IMG/VR virus record: IMGVR_UViG_3300015607_003969
Location: 62,001-125,659 of that record
DNA length: 63,659 bases
DNA from: an uncultured virus (IMG/VR IMGVR_UViG_3300015607_003969)
Lineage: Duplodnaviria > Heunggongvirae > Uroviricota > Caudoviricetes
Reading direction: 5' to 3' (one strand)
Shown: positions 21,601 through 31,582 of the stretch, piece after piece
Layout: the number at the start of each line of letters is the position of its first letter
Position numbering within the stretch: position 1 is the stretch's first letter
Notes under the pieces: model-generated
Database searches by the model: none
Seen by the model: the letters and a program-made list of their open reading frames with translations, nothing else
Told to the model about the DNA's origin: nothing
Program-made: the position numbers and the translations under genes

Positions 21601-22591
21601 TGCTCGGGGCGGGAATCGACCTGAAGTCGATTCCGGGATCGAGCAGCGTACTGATCTGGAAGCGCCTGGAGGTAAGGCGACCCTCGTTGTCAGACGTCGT
21701 GTGGCCGCTTGACCCTGCCGCAAGGGGAGGCCCGAGGCTCGACCCGGTGAGCTTGTCTCGCTGCATGCGGGGGTCACCTGCGCCGACGATGCCCATACGA
21801 GTCATCTCGGGGAAGGCGTCGCGCGTTTGCGCCAGGATGCCGGGCTCGGTGACCATCGACTGCGTACCGAGGCTGGCGCGCACCTCGGCGATGTACTCCT
21901 CCGGGGTCTCCTCCGAGACCGCCGGGGAGAACTTTCCCTTGTTGGTGATGCGGGCAAGACCAGGGACACCCTCGATCTGAACGATCTCGTTGGGACCTAT
22001 CGCGTACTGCTCACCGACCTGCACGGCGGTTACGTTGATGTCGAAGTAGTAGTACCCGTTCTCCTGGTTCAGCAGCATCTGCGCAGCAGAGATCCCCTGC
22101 TTGGTGTTGGGGGCATAGCCCAAACCGCTGGCCGTGCTTGCAATGTTGGCCGGGGTGACATTCGCATCGCGAGGCTGCGTGAAGTAGAGACGGACCCGCC
22201 CCTTGGAGAAGGTGCCCTTCACCCTCTCCTTAAACCAGTTGGCGCCCAGGGCCTCCGCCTCCTCGGTGTTGAGAAGCTCTGGGTTTTGCAGAGACTTGGT
22301 CAGCAGCATCCGCTTCACTTCGCGGGTGAACACGCTGACGACGAGCTCCATCGGCAGGATGCCAAGCTCCGTGATGGCGTCCTCCGGGGAGGTCGGCATG
22401 TTGGGGAAGTTCTGGTTGAGCAGGTCCAGCAAAAAGGCCCTGACATCGACCGAGAAGGGATCGGGACCGATCCTCTTCAAGATCGGCTGGATGACCGCCG
22501 TGTCTGCCTCGGAGCCATCGCCCACGTCCATCGACGGGTTGAGCTTGAGCAGCCGCTCCTGGATGAAAAGCTTGAGGTCCGCCTGCGCCAT
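18629..22591 (-). CDS. Baseplate J-like large structural protein
   Basis: N-terminal J-like pattern (KERVKGTFSKGRVRLYF...INVTAVQVGEQYAIGPNEI...EETPEEY); 1320 aa. Confidence 0.75.
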   Translation of the reverse strand: MAQADLKLFIQERLLKLNPSMDVGDGSEADTAVIQPILKRIGPDPFSVDVRAFLLDLLNQNFPNMPTSPEDAITELGILPMELVVSVFTREVKRMLLTKSLQNPELLNTEEAEALGANWFKERVKGTFSKGRVRLYFTQPRDANVTPANIASTASGLGYAPNTKQGISAAQMLLNQENGYYYFDINVTAVQVGEQYAIGPNEIVQIEGVPGLARITNKGKFSPAVSEETPEEYIAEVRASLGTQSMVTEPGILAQTRDAFPEMTRMGIVGAGDPRMQRDKLTGSSLGPPLAAGSSGHTTSDNEGRLTSRRFQISTLLDPGIDFRSIPAPSTLVLTIQGPVFTGLPVRDVEVRSVVSEDTLELEDSILPLAAADLVWCLRRREIRLSSLPGGPLLPDAGGQAVLPPDTVHVGGMFDAYARGIGLDTTSLVLDHIADNKPVLSGVGADGVGSTITLTDLRLSFGYEIHDETWLALDTAVQLRYAIQIVDGPGAGTYELLRCVQTPGSSPVFTLYGTVLASFTGSRWKLLDRLNIELTDPRETLIRGADLETAQGSAEITTTALSNFNEYGVAAGHLLRVISGPNEGDYLVLEVMTAPAYSRLRLDHPLPASASNQAYEVYRRNAAGAIATPLIRLTSVELLDSSGQPTGTKVPYGAPLGAYSLGLTNPAHGTKLEVPSALLGILSNKLPTGANVNGLTLEVSVAEAGIVSVTFSGVNPISVAAMVSQINAAAGYVLAGKLGDRLIIYPINGYTEIVGSTDPASALTALFGGRYYLNSRMIRSADFSSTTFTNLSPSLSMDYDAVVVLSGGQIGCRGLARVNPFPLSETISSPSVGLVVPTCIEVQGASFYPEQDVRLVLGARSLGVLRAYFLDPTTVEVGPDTRFTYTNGGVSFSFLPDPSFDATLFPAAPAGAKPKDGSATAGNAVLTSGMDFIRKRIRAGDVVEIDYLPITGTAVLADPVVNLAFTTLVVSFGQEAERRITFVNDSDSIPGTDVTRQGVADQINNALGVVAATINGAGHLELNPEFLLVIRPSGTSNGLLGFDTFLEQDNKSGNAGRYEVLTPSTTGATLTRALPVTESNFQFKVLRPGFQRIGATQMSLQKEAPGFYYFDVEVVSDGVGDRFNLSAGEYLDVSGDRSDGFILRTQDSNLTFSTEEQVEIVLSRTINGLGSNDDPAESVALSGRTLSLTGDGSDLISSLHTYLRADTQRDICASPLARHLTPHFVRLSLTYSEGPKDSDAQASLGTLIQSLMPSDQLETAQINAKLSQQGARAISNPITIYGVIYGQDRSVWLERSQNALNVDGLAAFYPDLLQVTRLAQ

Positions 22592-22608
22592 CGGACCTCA
22601 GCTTACTC

Positions 22609-23670
22609 TAAACCAAGACGCATGGCCGGAAGTTTACGAGCCAACCCGGACACCGCGGAGGGCCTGGGTGCTGCGGGGGCTACGCGGATAGGGGGCGGCA
22701 AGGGTCCAGGAACGTGGGGGGCCGCAGAGGCCGCGGCCGCGCCCAGCTGTTTGGCTTGCGCCCCGGGGACAGGCCTGGGCACAGCATTCACCGTCCTTAC
22801 CGGGGCTTGCGGCTGTGAAGCGGGAGCGGGGGCGGCAGGAGCCTGGGCTGCGGGGGCCGGCTTGGGGGCAAAGTCAGCTGGGCTAAGCTCCAGGTCGTGC
22901 AGGCCCTTGGTCTGGAGCATGCCCTTGGAGATGTAGCCCTGGGGCTTAAAGCCTGCGCCGTAAGCGTAGTCGTTGATCGTTTGCAGAAGGGGCTTGCCCG
23001 TCGCCTGGCTGTCGAGAGACATCAGGGACGTGAGGGCCGTCATGGGGTCCGGCGCGCCTGCACCGATGGGCGTGACCCTGGAGAGGTACTTCAGCTGGGC
23101 CTGGGTATAGCCAGGCAGGGACCTCATCTGCCTGCGCGTGTTCTCGACAATGCGGTTCTCGTGCAGCGCCAGATTCGCATCATTCTGGGCCATGCTCGGC
23201 ATCGAGAAATCGGCCAGCTTGGCGAACAGCTCTTGGAGGAAGGCGGTCTTCACGTCGGGCTCCTGGTGTACTCCGCGAGGACGATCTCTACCCTCGTCCC
23301 GCATTTGCCGCAGGTTATCACGTTGTGTACCCACCACGAGATTACCAGGCCTGAGGTTCAGGGGGTCGTTATCCCGGTGCATGACAATCTGCCCCGGCTT
23401 CAGGGTCGTGCCCCGCAGTTTGAGCAAGACGTGCGCCGCGAGCTCCGACTTCCCGTCGATCTTGACCTTCGGATAACCATCCGAGTTCGTGCCACCCGTC
23501 CAGTGCCCGTCCTTGATCTTGTCCCGGAGGGCGCTGGCCGCATCTTTCGGTATCTTGCCCTGGGGTACGCTGGACGTAGGGGATGCCGTCTTGGTCGTCC
23601 CCCACCAGGAATCCCCCCAAAGCGCATCCCGAAGGGTGTGCAGGTGCGCGAGCTCTTCAGCCTCGGTCAT
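22609..23670 (-). CDS. HNH endonuclease domain-containing multidomain protein
   Basis: WTGGTNSDGYP...VMHRDNDPLNLRPGNLVVGTQRDN; ends TTA-GAG-TAA (code-11 end 22603). Confidence 0.78.
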
Positions 23671-23726
23671 GTGCAAAGGCTACCGCGTTCTGGGCTAAAA
23701 AGAACCACCCTCCCCCGTGAGCGGTC

Positions 23727-24710
23727 TAAGAGTTTGATTTCACGACCGGCGCGCTCCAGCTCCATGTACACGCAGCCGAGGTACGTGTCCGCGACGGCAT
23801 AGGCGTCCTCCAGCTCTGGAGGCGTACCCCCCAGGCGCAGCGGTAGGTACTCTATCGCGTCGGGATCCATGTTCAGGGTCCAGGCCTCCAGGAGGTCAAC
23901 TCGGAGGTCGGTTGAACGGTGCGTCATGGGCATACGCTCGTCCAGGACCGCACACGCGATGCCGTGGTCCTTGGGCGTGTAAAGCGCCTTTCGGTGCACA
24001 CGTTGCACAACGAGGTGCATTACTTCGTGCATCACGATAGGGTCTCGCGCGTTCTTCGGGCAGATCAACGAACGAAGCGATCCCTCGCGGGTGTCCCGAG
24101 TCGAAGCACTGTTTAGCTGGTCGTCGGGGCAGTTTCGACTGAGCAGGCTGCTCAGTATCTTGCAGGGGGCCTTGAAGGCACACGTGAGTGCCATGGTAAT
24201 GAACGTACGAGACCTCAGGAGGTCGAAGTCACCCTCGTTGACAAACTTACTGAGCAGGCGCTTCATCCCGTTGTCGACGCGGGACAGCAAAAAACTGGCG
24301 AACTCGTCGGGGGGTGGCAGCTCGATCTCTATGAAAGCGCTCATACCCACATTCAGCTTGTTGGGCACCTCGACGGCCTCCGCAAGAGACTTCGTACGGA
24401 ACGCCACGGCACGCACATGTTTCATGTCGAGCGCGCACTCAACGATGCCCCCCACCATGAAGGCGTGGCCAAGGCTGGCGAGGAGGTCGTAAATCTCTGG
24501 GCTCCTCGTACAGAACTCCAGTCCGCAGGAGTTCATCGCCGCCAGCGCGGGGGCATAGAGCTCCAGGTCCTTCTCCTCGTCCAGGCGCAGAAGCGTCTTC
24601 TGGCTCTGGCGTCCAAGGTAACCGCTCGCGTAAACGCGAGCACGCGTGAGGCTGGAGCTCACGAGGTAGGGGTAGAACGGGCTCTTCGGGTCAGGGGTAG
24701 GTAGCTTCAT
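23727..24710 (-). CDS. Hypothetical protein with HExxH motif (possible zincin peptidase)
   Basis: VMHEVMH; GGGAGG RBS; ends at TTA 23727-23729 (code-11 end 23667). Confidence 0.6.
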
Positions 24711-24729
24711 CCCCTCCCTTATCCCATGC

Positions 24730-27700
24730 TTAGCCAGGATCCTTGGCCAGGCTCACGCTGCGAGCGGCGAGAGCGGGCCATTTGGCTGCCACAGCCGCAT
24801 GTACCTTGCTTTTCTCCTCAGGGGTGCCGTGCCTGGCCACCATGCTCAAGGCGGCCCTGGCATGAGACAGGTCGTGGATGGGGTAGCGCCTGTCGGGCAG
24901 AGCAAAGTTCTTGTCCTTGATCTTGTCCCTGGATGCCGCCGTGAGATCCGCAGCTTGCTTGTCCTCCAAGGGAGGAGGAGCCGCGGGGGGAGCTGGGGCC
25001 TCCACCGCGGCTGCTGGGGACTGGTTCTTGTACTCTTCGTACTTCTCCTTGCCCTTGCGCACGAGCTTCTTCACGGCGTTGTGGGCTCCGGAGCCGTGAT
25101 AGACCGCAGCCGTGCCGAGCGCCGTACCCCCGAGCCTGCCCACGCCGGAGAGGAACCGCTTGTTCAGGCCGAGAAGGCGCTCGTCATCCGGCACGTTGGT
25201 TCCACGGATGTACTCACCCATGTTCTGTGCCCGGTTCTGAATGATCTGCTTGAGCGAGACGTCGTTGGCGGCCAGCTGCTCGGGCTGGATAGCGTGAGGG
25301 GCCGCCTTGGTGGGCCAGAAGCCAGGCTCATACTCGGGCACCTTGGAGCGCGCTGCCTCGTTGAGCTTGAAGGCCTTGCCCGCCTGTTCCGTGTCGTCAG
25401 GGTCGCGAGTCCAGTCGCGCCGGAACACGTTTTCGGGCATGGCACCCCCGATCACAGGGCTGGCCCCCTCTTGAGGCATGCCCGTCACAAAGGCCTTGAT
25501 GGCCTTGATCAGCTGGCCCTTGCTGAGGTGCTGCTGCGCACGCTGAACTCGGCCCGCAGCCATCTCGGGGTTCTGCATCAGCGCGTACTGCTGTGCTGCA
25601 CCAGGAGCGGTGGCGATGAAGGGGGTGCGCTTGGCACGCTCCACAAAGCCAGAAGCATCCACGTCCACGTCGGGCCTGCCCGCTGCCGTCGCCTGCGTGG
25701 CCTTGATAAACTCTGCAACGGGCCCGCCGGGCATTTTCTCCAGGTCGATCAGCCCATCCTTACCATCACCTATGCCGGCGGACAAGATGTCCAGAGCACC
25801 CCCGCCCAGACGAGCCGCACCCAGGGCCTTGAGGCCCGGCACGTTCACGCCAGGCTGGGTGGACTTGGCCCCGGACGCTAGACCCCAATGCGTATCCGTC
25901 TTGATGAGCGCAGGGTCCAGCCCGGAATCCATGGCCTTCTGCTCCAGGAGTGCCTGCACCTGGGCTTTCATGTTCTCCGGGATCACCACATTAGCCAGGG
26001 CCGCCATGGTGTCCGTCAGATGCTGCTTCTGCGTGTTTCTCCAGGCAGCGCCGCCTACACGGCCGCCAAGGCCCGGATCGATGCCCGTGCCGGGGTTCGT
26101 GCCGTCCCCGAGGATGCTCTTAGCAGCATCCATGGTCGTGCCGTGCCAGAAGCGCCGAGCCCCCACCAGCTTCTCCAGCGTTTCAGGCGCCGTGGCCTGC
26201 AACCCCTTCCCGATGACTGCACCGCCCACCGCCAGGTTGCGCGCATCCGCTGCCGTGAAATCCGGAGTCTCCTTCGACTCGCCGAACAACATGCGAGCCA
26301 TCGAGCTGCGCTCCATGATCAGCTTGTCTCGATCCTCCTCGGGCAGGGCACGCTCCTCCTTGCTCAGGAGGGGGCTACCCATGCTGTCCAGCATCTTACG
26401 GCGTAGAGCGGCCTTACCCCCAATCGCACCGGCAAGGGCAACGGGGGTGTACTTGGCGATCGTCGGCATGGCCAAGGAGGCTGCCGTAAGAGCGTTCTGG
26501 CCCTTATAGACAGGCTCGCTCTCCGCACCCAGCTCCTGGAGCAAGGGCACACGCCGAGGGTCACGCAAGTCCATGCTCTCTAGCTGGTCACGCAGGGCCG
26601 TCAGGCGTGTCCCGTGGATCAGCTGGCCGAGGCGCTTGAGCCCAGTGGCCTTTTCCGCCCCGTGGGCCGCAGTCAACTCCTCGGGCGTGCCCAGCAAGTT
26701 CTTTGCGAAGTTGGGTAGGTAGACGTTAGCGCCCGCGCGCATGGCCATGCCGTGGAGAGCCGTTTTTCGCTTCTCGGCGAACTCCTTCTTGGCCGCTTCA
26801 ATCTGGGCGGGGGTGTACTCCTTGGAGAGCCCACCCATCCGCTCCTCGATCGCAGAGAGGAGGTCCGGCTTCTTCAGCAGCTCGATCGCATCCGCCGCTT
26901 CGGAGGGCCTGGCTGCATCCCTGTGGATGAACCTGGGGGTGATCCCATCTGGGTACGTGAGCTCCCCCCGTCTCACCCCGTGAACATCCAGAGGTGATTT
27001 GGTGTTGTTGCGGTACTTCTGCTCCAACTCCGACAGCGGGAGCCCTTGGGTGAGCGCCGACTGCTCCTCGTCCGTGAGGTGCCTCAAGCCCCCTATGCTG
27101 CGAGGGTTACCCACGGCCTGCCCCGCGGACCACGCATCAAGCCCCGAATCTTGCTCCACGGGGTTGGGCGTAACCAGACGATTGTAGGCAGCCTGCTGTG
27201 CCGGCCTGAGGCCCTTCTTTTCGGCGATAGCCTTTTCGGCAGATTGCTGTGCATGCAGTAGCGTATTGGGCGCCGGCTCAGCAAAGCGTTCGGGCTGGGC
27301 GTACCACTTCTTGTAGCGATCCACGGCGTAGGCCGGGTCGTCGCCGTTGGGGTCCTGCAACTTGGCCTCCAGAGCCTTCATCTGCTCAGGGCCCATCAGA
27401 GGGTGGTCCTGCGCATACTCCATGATCTGCTTCCTGGCGGCCTCACTCCTAGCCTTCTGCCAGGCGTGATAAGCCTCCGTCTGATCCCACGCGTCGGGCT
27501 CTGGGTTGGACTGCTTGTAAGCTTCGAGGAAATCCAAGGCTTTGGAAGAGGGGGCCAAGGCTCCGGGAGCGACACCCTGACGCTTCAGCATCGCGGCGAT
27601 GCCCGGGATGTCCATCAACTTAGCAAGGGGGTTGTCGTCGTCCTCACCCGAAGCAAGCTTGACCTCGGGGGGCTTGCCCGTGAGACCCTGAATGATGCCC

Positions 27701-28053
27701 AGGGGAATCGAGAACATGGCGTCCAAGAACCTCTCCGGGATGTGGTCGGTGTAGCACCTGGTGGCCGCGGCCTTGTCGGGGAACCCGAGGAAGAGCTTGA
27801 ACTCGTCGAAGGATTTGTCGTCCTTCTTCTGGACGGCCATGAAGGCCTCCTTGGACTCGGGATCCGGGCCAAGGAACACATCAAGCCCTTCCCCATCCCC
27901 TCCCTGCGTGCCGGGAATGTACCCGTAGTCGTTCTTGTAGACTCGCTTCCAGGGCTTCCCGTCCTTACCCCTACCCTCCTGCACGTAGCCTACAGGGCGA
28001 TCAACGCGTACTCGCACACCTGCAAAGGTGATGGGCTTGCCGGCGGATGACAT
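24730..28053 (-). CDS. Polyvalent protein: inorganic pyrophosphatase-like, ADP-ribosyltransferase-like and small C-terminal domains
   Basis: DYGYIPGTQGGDGEGLDVFLGP...FDEFKLFLGF; FWHGTT...FIATAPGAAQQYA; FALPDRRYPIHDLSHARAAL. Confidence 0.75.
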   Translation of the reverse strand: MSSAGKPITFAGVRVRVDRPVGYVQEGRGKDGKPWKRVYKNDYGYIPGTQGGDGEGLDVFLGPDPESKEAFMAVQKKDDKSFDEFKLFLGFPDKAAATRCYTDHIPERFLDAMFSIPLGIIQGLTGKPPEVKLASGEDDDNPLAKLMDIPGIAAMLKRQGVAPGALAPSSKALDFLEAYKQSNPEPDAWDQTEAYHAWQKARSEAARKQIMEYAQDHPLMGPEQMKALEAKLQDPNGDDPAYAVDRYKKWYAQPERFAEPAPNTLLHAQQSAEKAIAEKKGLRPAQQAAYNRLVTPNPVEQDSGLDAWSAGQAVGNPRSIGGLRHLTDEEQSALTQGLPLSELEQKYRNNTKSPLDVHGVRRGELTYPDGITPRFIHRDAARPSEAADAIELLKKPDLLSAIEERMGGLSKEYTPAQIEAAKKEFAEKRKTALHGMAMRAGANVYLPNFAKNLLGTPEELTAAHGAEKATGLKRLGQLIHGTRLTALRDQLESMDLRDPRRVPLLQELGAESEPVYKGQNALTAASLAMPTIAKYTPVALAGAIGGKAALRRKMLDSMGSPLLSKEERALPEEDRDKLIMERSSMARMLFGESKETPDFTAADARNLAVGGAVIGKGLQATAPETLEKLVGARRFWHGTTMDAAKSILGDGTNPGTGIDPGLGGRVGGAAWRNTQKQHLTDTMAALANVVIPENMKAQVQALLEQKAMDSGLDPALIKTDTHWGLASGAKSTQPGVNVPGLKALGAARLGGGALDILSAGIGDGKDGLIDLEKMPGGPVAEFIKATQATAAGRPDVDVDASGFVERAKRTPFIATAPGAAQQYALMQNPEMAAGRVQRAQQHLSKGQLIKAIKAFVTGMPQEGASPVIGGAMPENVFRRDWTRDPDDTEQAGKAFKLNEAARSKVPEYEPGFWPTKAAPHAIQPEQLAANDVSLKQIIQNRAQNMGEYIRGTNVPDDERLLGLNKRFLSGVGRLGGTALGTAAVYHGSGAHNAVKKLVRKGKEKYEEYKNQSPAAAVEAPAPPAAPPPLEDKQAADLTAASRDKIKDKNFALPDRRYPIHDLSHARAALSMVARHGTPEEKSKVHAAVAAKWPALAARSVSLAKDPG

Positions 28054-28068
28054 GTTGGGAGCCTAGCA

Positions 28069-30357
28069 TAAGAGCTCCGTGCTCCGCCTACTCTCGATGC
28101 GGGCCACCTCCTTTTTCAGCCGGTGCAGCCGCCGTTCATCATCTTTCTCAGCGGTGCCCTTGGCGCTTTCGAGCCTGTTGAGCGCCATCCGAGCGGTGTC
28201 CCGCTCCATCAGCGTGCGAGCGATGCCGCCTGCAAGATGAAACGGTGCTTGGACAGCCATCAGAGGCAGGGCGTGCTTTGGCTTTCGCGACTCGATAATC
28301 GCCAAGGCCGACCCCAGAGCCTGCCCCTTCAGGGCTGACTTCAGGGACTGCGCCACCAGCCCCAACCCAGAGAGCTCGGCCTGGTCACGCACCTCTGACT
28401 CCCTGGAAGGCTTTTTCGCTATCGCTTTAGCCAGGTTCTTCGGGTAAGCGTCCTGCCGCTTGATGTTCTGGTTAGCCAGGATATAGCTGACTGGGGCCGC
28501 GACAACCTGCGTGCCCAGTAGGTTTGGGAAGAAAGAAGACCTTCCGGTGTGAGGCAGCCAGCCCGCAGAAGCTGTGGCCTGTGTGGGCAGAGCGTATCCG
28601 AGGGTGGCGAGGGTCTTCGTACGCAGCTCAGAGGGCTCTTCGTACTCGGCGTCGGCCTTCTTCTCGTGGTTGGGGAGCAGGTCGCGGAACTGCTTGTTGA
28701 GCGCCTCCTTCTGCTTGCTCATCATGTTCAGGTACTGATCGACCGTCTCATCGGGCTTCCGGTTGAAGAGAAACTGCCCCGCACGGTCAACCAGCCCCGG
28801 CTTGATGCCCGAGAGGTATTGTTCCACGTGTACGTTGCGCTCGCCCTCCGGCAGGTCGTCGTGAGACTTGAAGCGGGCAGCACGGCCCTCCACCTGCTTC
28901 AGCTTTTCAGCATTCCAGTGGGGGTCGAGTAGCTGCACAAGCTTGGTCCCCTTCAGGTCAAGGCCCTCTCCACCCGCACTGCTGAGCAAGAGGGCTTTGA
29001 GCTTGTTTTCGTTGTAGTCCCGCACCATCTGGTCGCGGTCCTTCTTCTTCATCTCGCCCGTGAACTCCCCGAAGGGGATGCCAGCCTCCTGGAGCTTGGC
29101 CTTGTAGGGGTTGATGCCGGCGTCCAAGAAGTTGGAGTAGATGACTGCCTTGGCGTTGGGGTCCTTGTCGATCCTGCTCTTCAGCCGCTTGAAGGCCTCG
29201 TCAATCTTTGGGGAGTGGTTCAGCTCCTCCGAGTAGGGGGCCGTCGTGTTGGCGACCTGCCTTGGCGCGGTAAGGAAGCTGCCCATCTGTGCCAGCTCCT
29301 TCTTGTTAGGCGGCAAACCTCGACGGACCTTGGCCGACACCCAGCTAGGGGCCTGCCCCATGAGGGTGTCGTAGACGTCCTTCTGCTGCGGAGACATGGG
29401 CACGACCACGTCCTCGCGGGTCACGTCGGGGAAGTGGTCCTTGCTGCCCGGATGGTAGTCCACGTACTTCGACAGGATCTCACGCAGCTCAGGCGCGTTC
29501 CTCTCGTTCAGGACGGGAACTTCTCCAGGAGCCACCCCCATGAGGTGCTCCTGGATGAAGCCAGGACTCACCTTCTTGATGCCGATGTATTTACCCTCGA
29601 ACTCAGGACGGTCCATAGGCAGGATCTTCTGCTTGGCCGCCAGGTTCACGAGCGGGGCGATGTCCGCAGGGTGGTTGTAAAAGGGAGATCCCGTGAGCAG
29701 CAGACGCTTCTCTGCGTCTGTGGTTTTCATGGCCTGGAAGGACGCACTGGTGTGGTCCCTAAGCCTATGTGCCTCGTCCACGACGAGAAGGGGGTTTGAA
29801 GCAGGGGAGCCATCCAAGGCAACGCGCTGCACGGTCTGTAGCGTGGTTTTGGGGGGAGTCCCCTTGATGTGCTTGCGCTGCTCCTTGGCGTAGTTCTCCT
29901 GGAGGGCCGCGGGGACCACGACGGTCGCAGGAGACTTGAGGGCGTCCTGGGTGGCGATGGCCGAGAGAGTCTTGCCTGAACCAAGTCCATGGACCACGAC
30001 CAGTCCCGTCTGGTTGGGGTCCTTCATCCTATCCACGACGCGCTGCTGGTGGGGCAGCAGTTCGGTCCTAAGCTCAGCCGCCTTGAGGAGGGGGCCGAGG
30101 TGCCCAGATACATCTTCCCCCGAGGGGGTCATATGCGGGGCTAGAAAAGTGGCGACCACCGGCCGCCTCTTCTTTCCGACGCGCTTGATCGCAAGGTACC
30201 CGTGGAGCTTACCCCCCTCCTCCACACGCCAGTGGTACTTTTCAGCGCCATCTTCCGGGATGGACTTCAGCTTAGGGCGAGCAGCCGCTAGCAGCGTGTC
30301 CGGGTCCAGGGTGGAACGCTCCCGAACGCGGTCCTCGGGGTGCCCTGCTTCTTTCAT
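28069..30357 (-). CDS. SNF2-family helicase/ATPase with extra N- and C-terminal domains
   Basis: LLPHQ, HGLGSGKT, VVDEAH, LLTGSP, AGGEGLDL, DPHWN, QVEGRAAR; ends TTA-TGC-TAG (code-11 end 28063). Confidence 0.88.
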
Positions 30358-30378
30358 GCGTCAAACCTACCAGATCTG

Positions 30379-30451
30379 CGAGGGTGGGGGGACTCGAACC
30401 CACAACGCACGGGGATTAAGGCCGTCGTTCTGCCAATTGAACTACACCCTC
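30379..30451 (-). tRNA. Atypical tRNA, anticodon TAA (reads UUA), class I body
   Basis: GAGGGTG/CACCCTC acceptor; GTTC-AATTGGCA-GAAC D arm; ACGGC-CTTAATC-CCCGT; 5-nt variable loop; GTGGG-TTCGAGT-CCCCC; G73; no encoded CCA. Confidence 0.85.
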
Positions 30452-30507
30452 AGGGGGGCCTAAGGCCCCAAAGCTAGTCGTACGGTAGTCGGTTGCGTCG
30501 TCGCTTA

Positions 30508-30912
30508 TAACACGGTGCCGAGATCCTCGTCGTCGAGGAGACCCTCCTTGTGTAGCATCTGCTTCTGCTCCTCCGTAAGAGTGCGGAGCAGCAGAGACAG
30601 CATTTTGGTCCGCGCCCCCGTGTTGGCGTTGTGCAAGGCCTTGAAGGTGTGGACATCAACCTCCCGCACGCACCAGCGCCTGTGTGCGTCGTACGCCTTC
30701 TCGTAGGCGTCCGCAGGGGACAGCCTGCTGTAGATCCCGGGATACGTGGACTCCAGGCGGTTTTTCACCGCCAGGAGAGCATCTCGGTACGTGTAGAAAA
30801 CCTGCTGAGCACGATCGAAATCTAGCTCAGTAGTGTCCAGGACGATCCACACCTGGAACACAGTGCGGGCCCTGAGGGGGCCTCTGTTGTACCCATCTTC
30901 CTTATCAGCCAT
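30508..30912 (-). CDS. Hypothetical protein
   Basis: GGAGG RBS; ends TTA-TAA. Confidence 0.65.
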
Positions 30913-30925
30913 CAAACCTCCGTGA

Positions 30926-31246
30926 TCACAGCCTCAGGGCCAGGGGGAGCTTGCGTACGAGACGCAACGCCTCCGGGCCCAGACACAAGGCTGTAGTCTC
31001 GTTATTCCTGTCAGGCTCCCGAAACTGCACAGAAGGGATCTTGTGCAACTGCGCAGCGAGCTGAAGCTCCTTGAGGTGCTTCTCGCTCGCAACGGACAAC
31101 AAGGCCAGCGTGTTGCTGCTCTCGTACCAGGAGCGGATAAGCTCAGGGTAGTGGATAAACATCTCGACCAGGGCATGGCTGCTCTGCACCGCCTGCTGTC
31201 CTGGAGAGAGGTCCCCCCTCACAACCTGGTAAAGTTTCGGGGCCAC
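30926..31246 (-). CDS. Pth2-like peptidyl-tRNA hydrolase
   Basis: LYQVVRGDLSPGQQAVQSSHA...W...FREPD...TALCLGP...KLPL matches the PTH2 pattern; GGGAGG RBS. Confidence 0.82.
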   Translation of the reverse strand: MAPKLYQVVRGDLSPGQQAVQSSHALVEMFIHYPELIRSWYESSNTLALLSVASEKHLKELQLAAQLHKIPSVQFREPDRNNETTALCLGPEALRLVRKLPLALRL

Positions 31247-31535
31247 CCTTGATCCTCCCCTTCAGGCCGGAGCACCAGGCGGAGAACTCTTCGAGAGGGA
31301 AGTCCTCTTCAGGGAGCAGAGGGGGATCGCTGCAAAGGGTAAACCTGACGTAGGCGGCAAGTGGCGTTCTGCCGTAGTAGGTGGAGGCGTGGACCCTGCG
31401 CTCGATGGTCTCGTGCGCCCTGCCGTGGAGGAAGGCGAGGAAGAGAAGGTGCGCACGGGCGCAGAACCCAAAGGGCTTTTCTTGCAAGCGCTTATGAAGC
31501 GCCTTTTTGAGCTGTTTCTTGTCGCTGTCGGTCAT
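31230..31535 (-). CDS. Hypothetical phage protein
   Basis: ARAHLLFLAFLHGRAHETIE; AGGAG RBS; ends at TTA 31230-31232 (code-11 end 31143). Confidence 0.68.
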
Positions 31536-31582
31536 CTGTAGATCTCCTGGCTGGTTGATGGGTGCAGAACCAGGGCTACAGA
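31535..31582 (-). promoter_or_regulatory. RBS-occluding hairpin (putative translational attenuator)
   Basis: mRNA UCUGUAG (31582-31576) pairs with CUACAGA (31541-31535, includes the A of AUG); CCUGG pairs with CCAGG over the AGGAG RBS. Confidence 0.6.

Noticed and set aside
30379..30451. Reading the tRNA as an ochre suppressor (anticodon TTA)
   Set aside because: Needs a one-base register shift that breaks the anticodon stem and removes U33; the standard register gives TAA.
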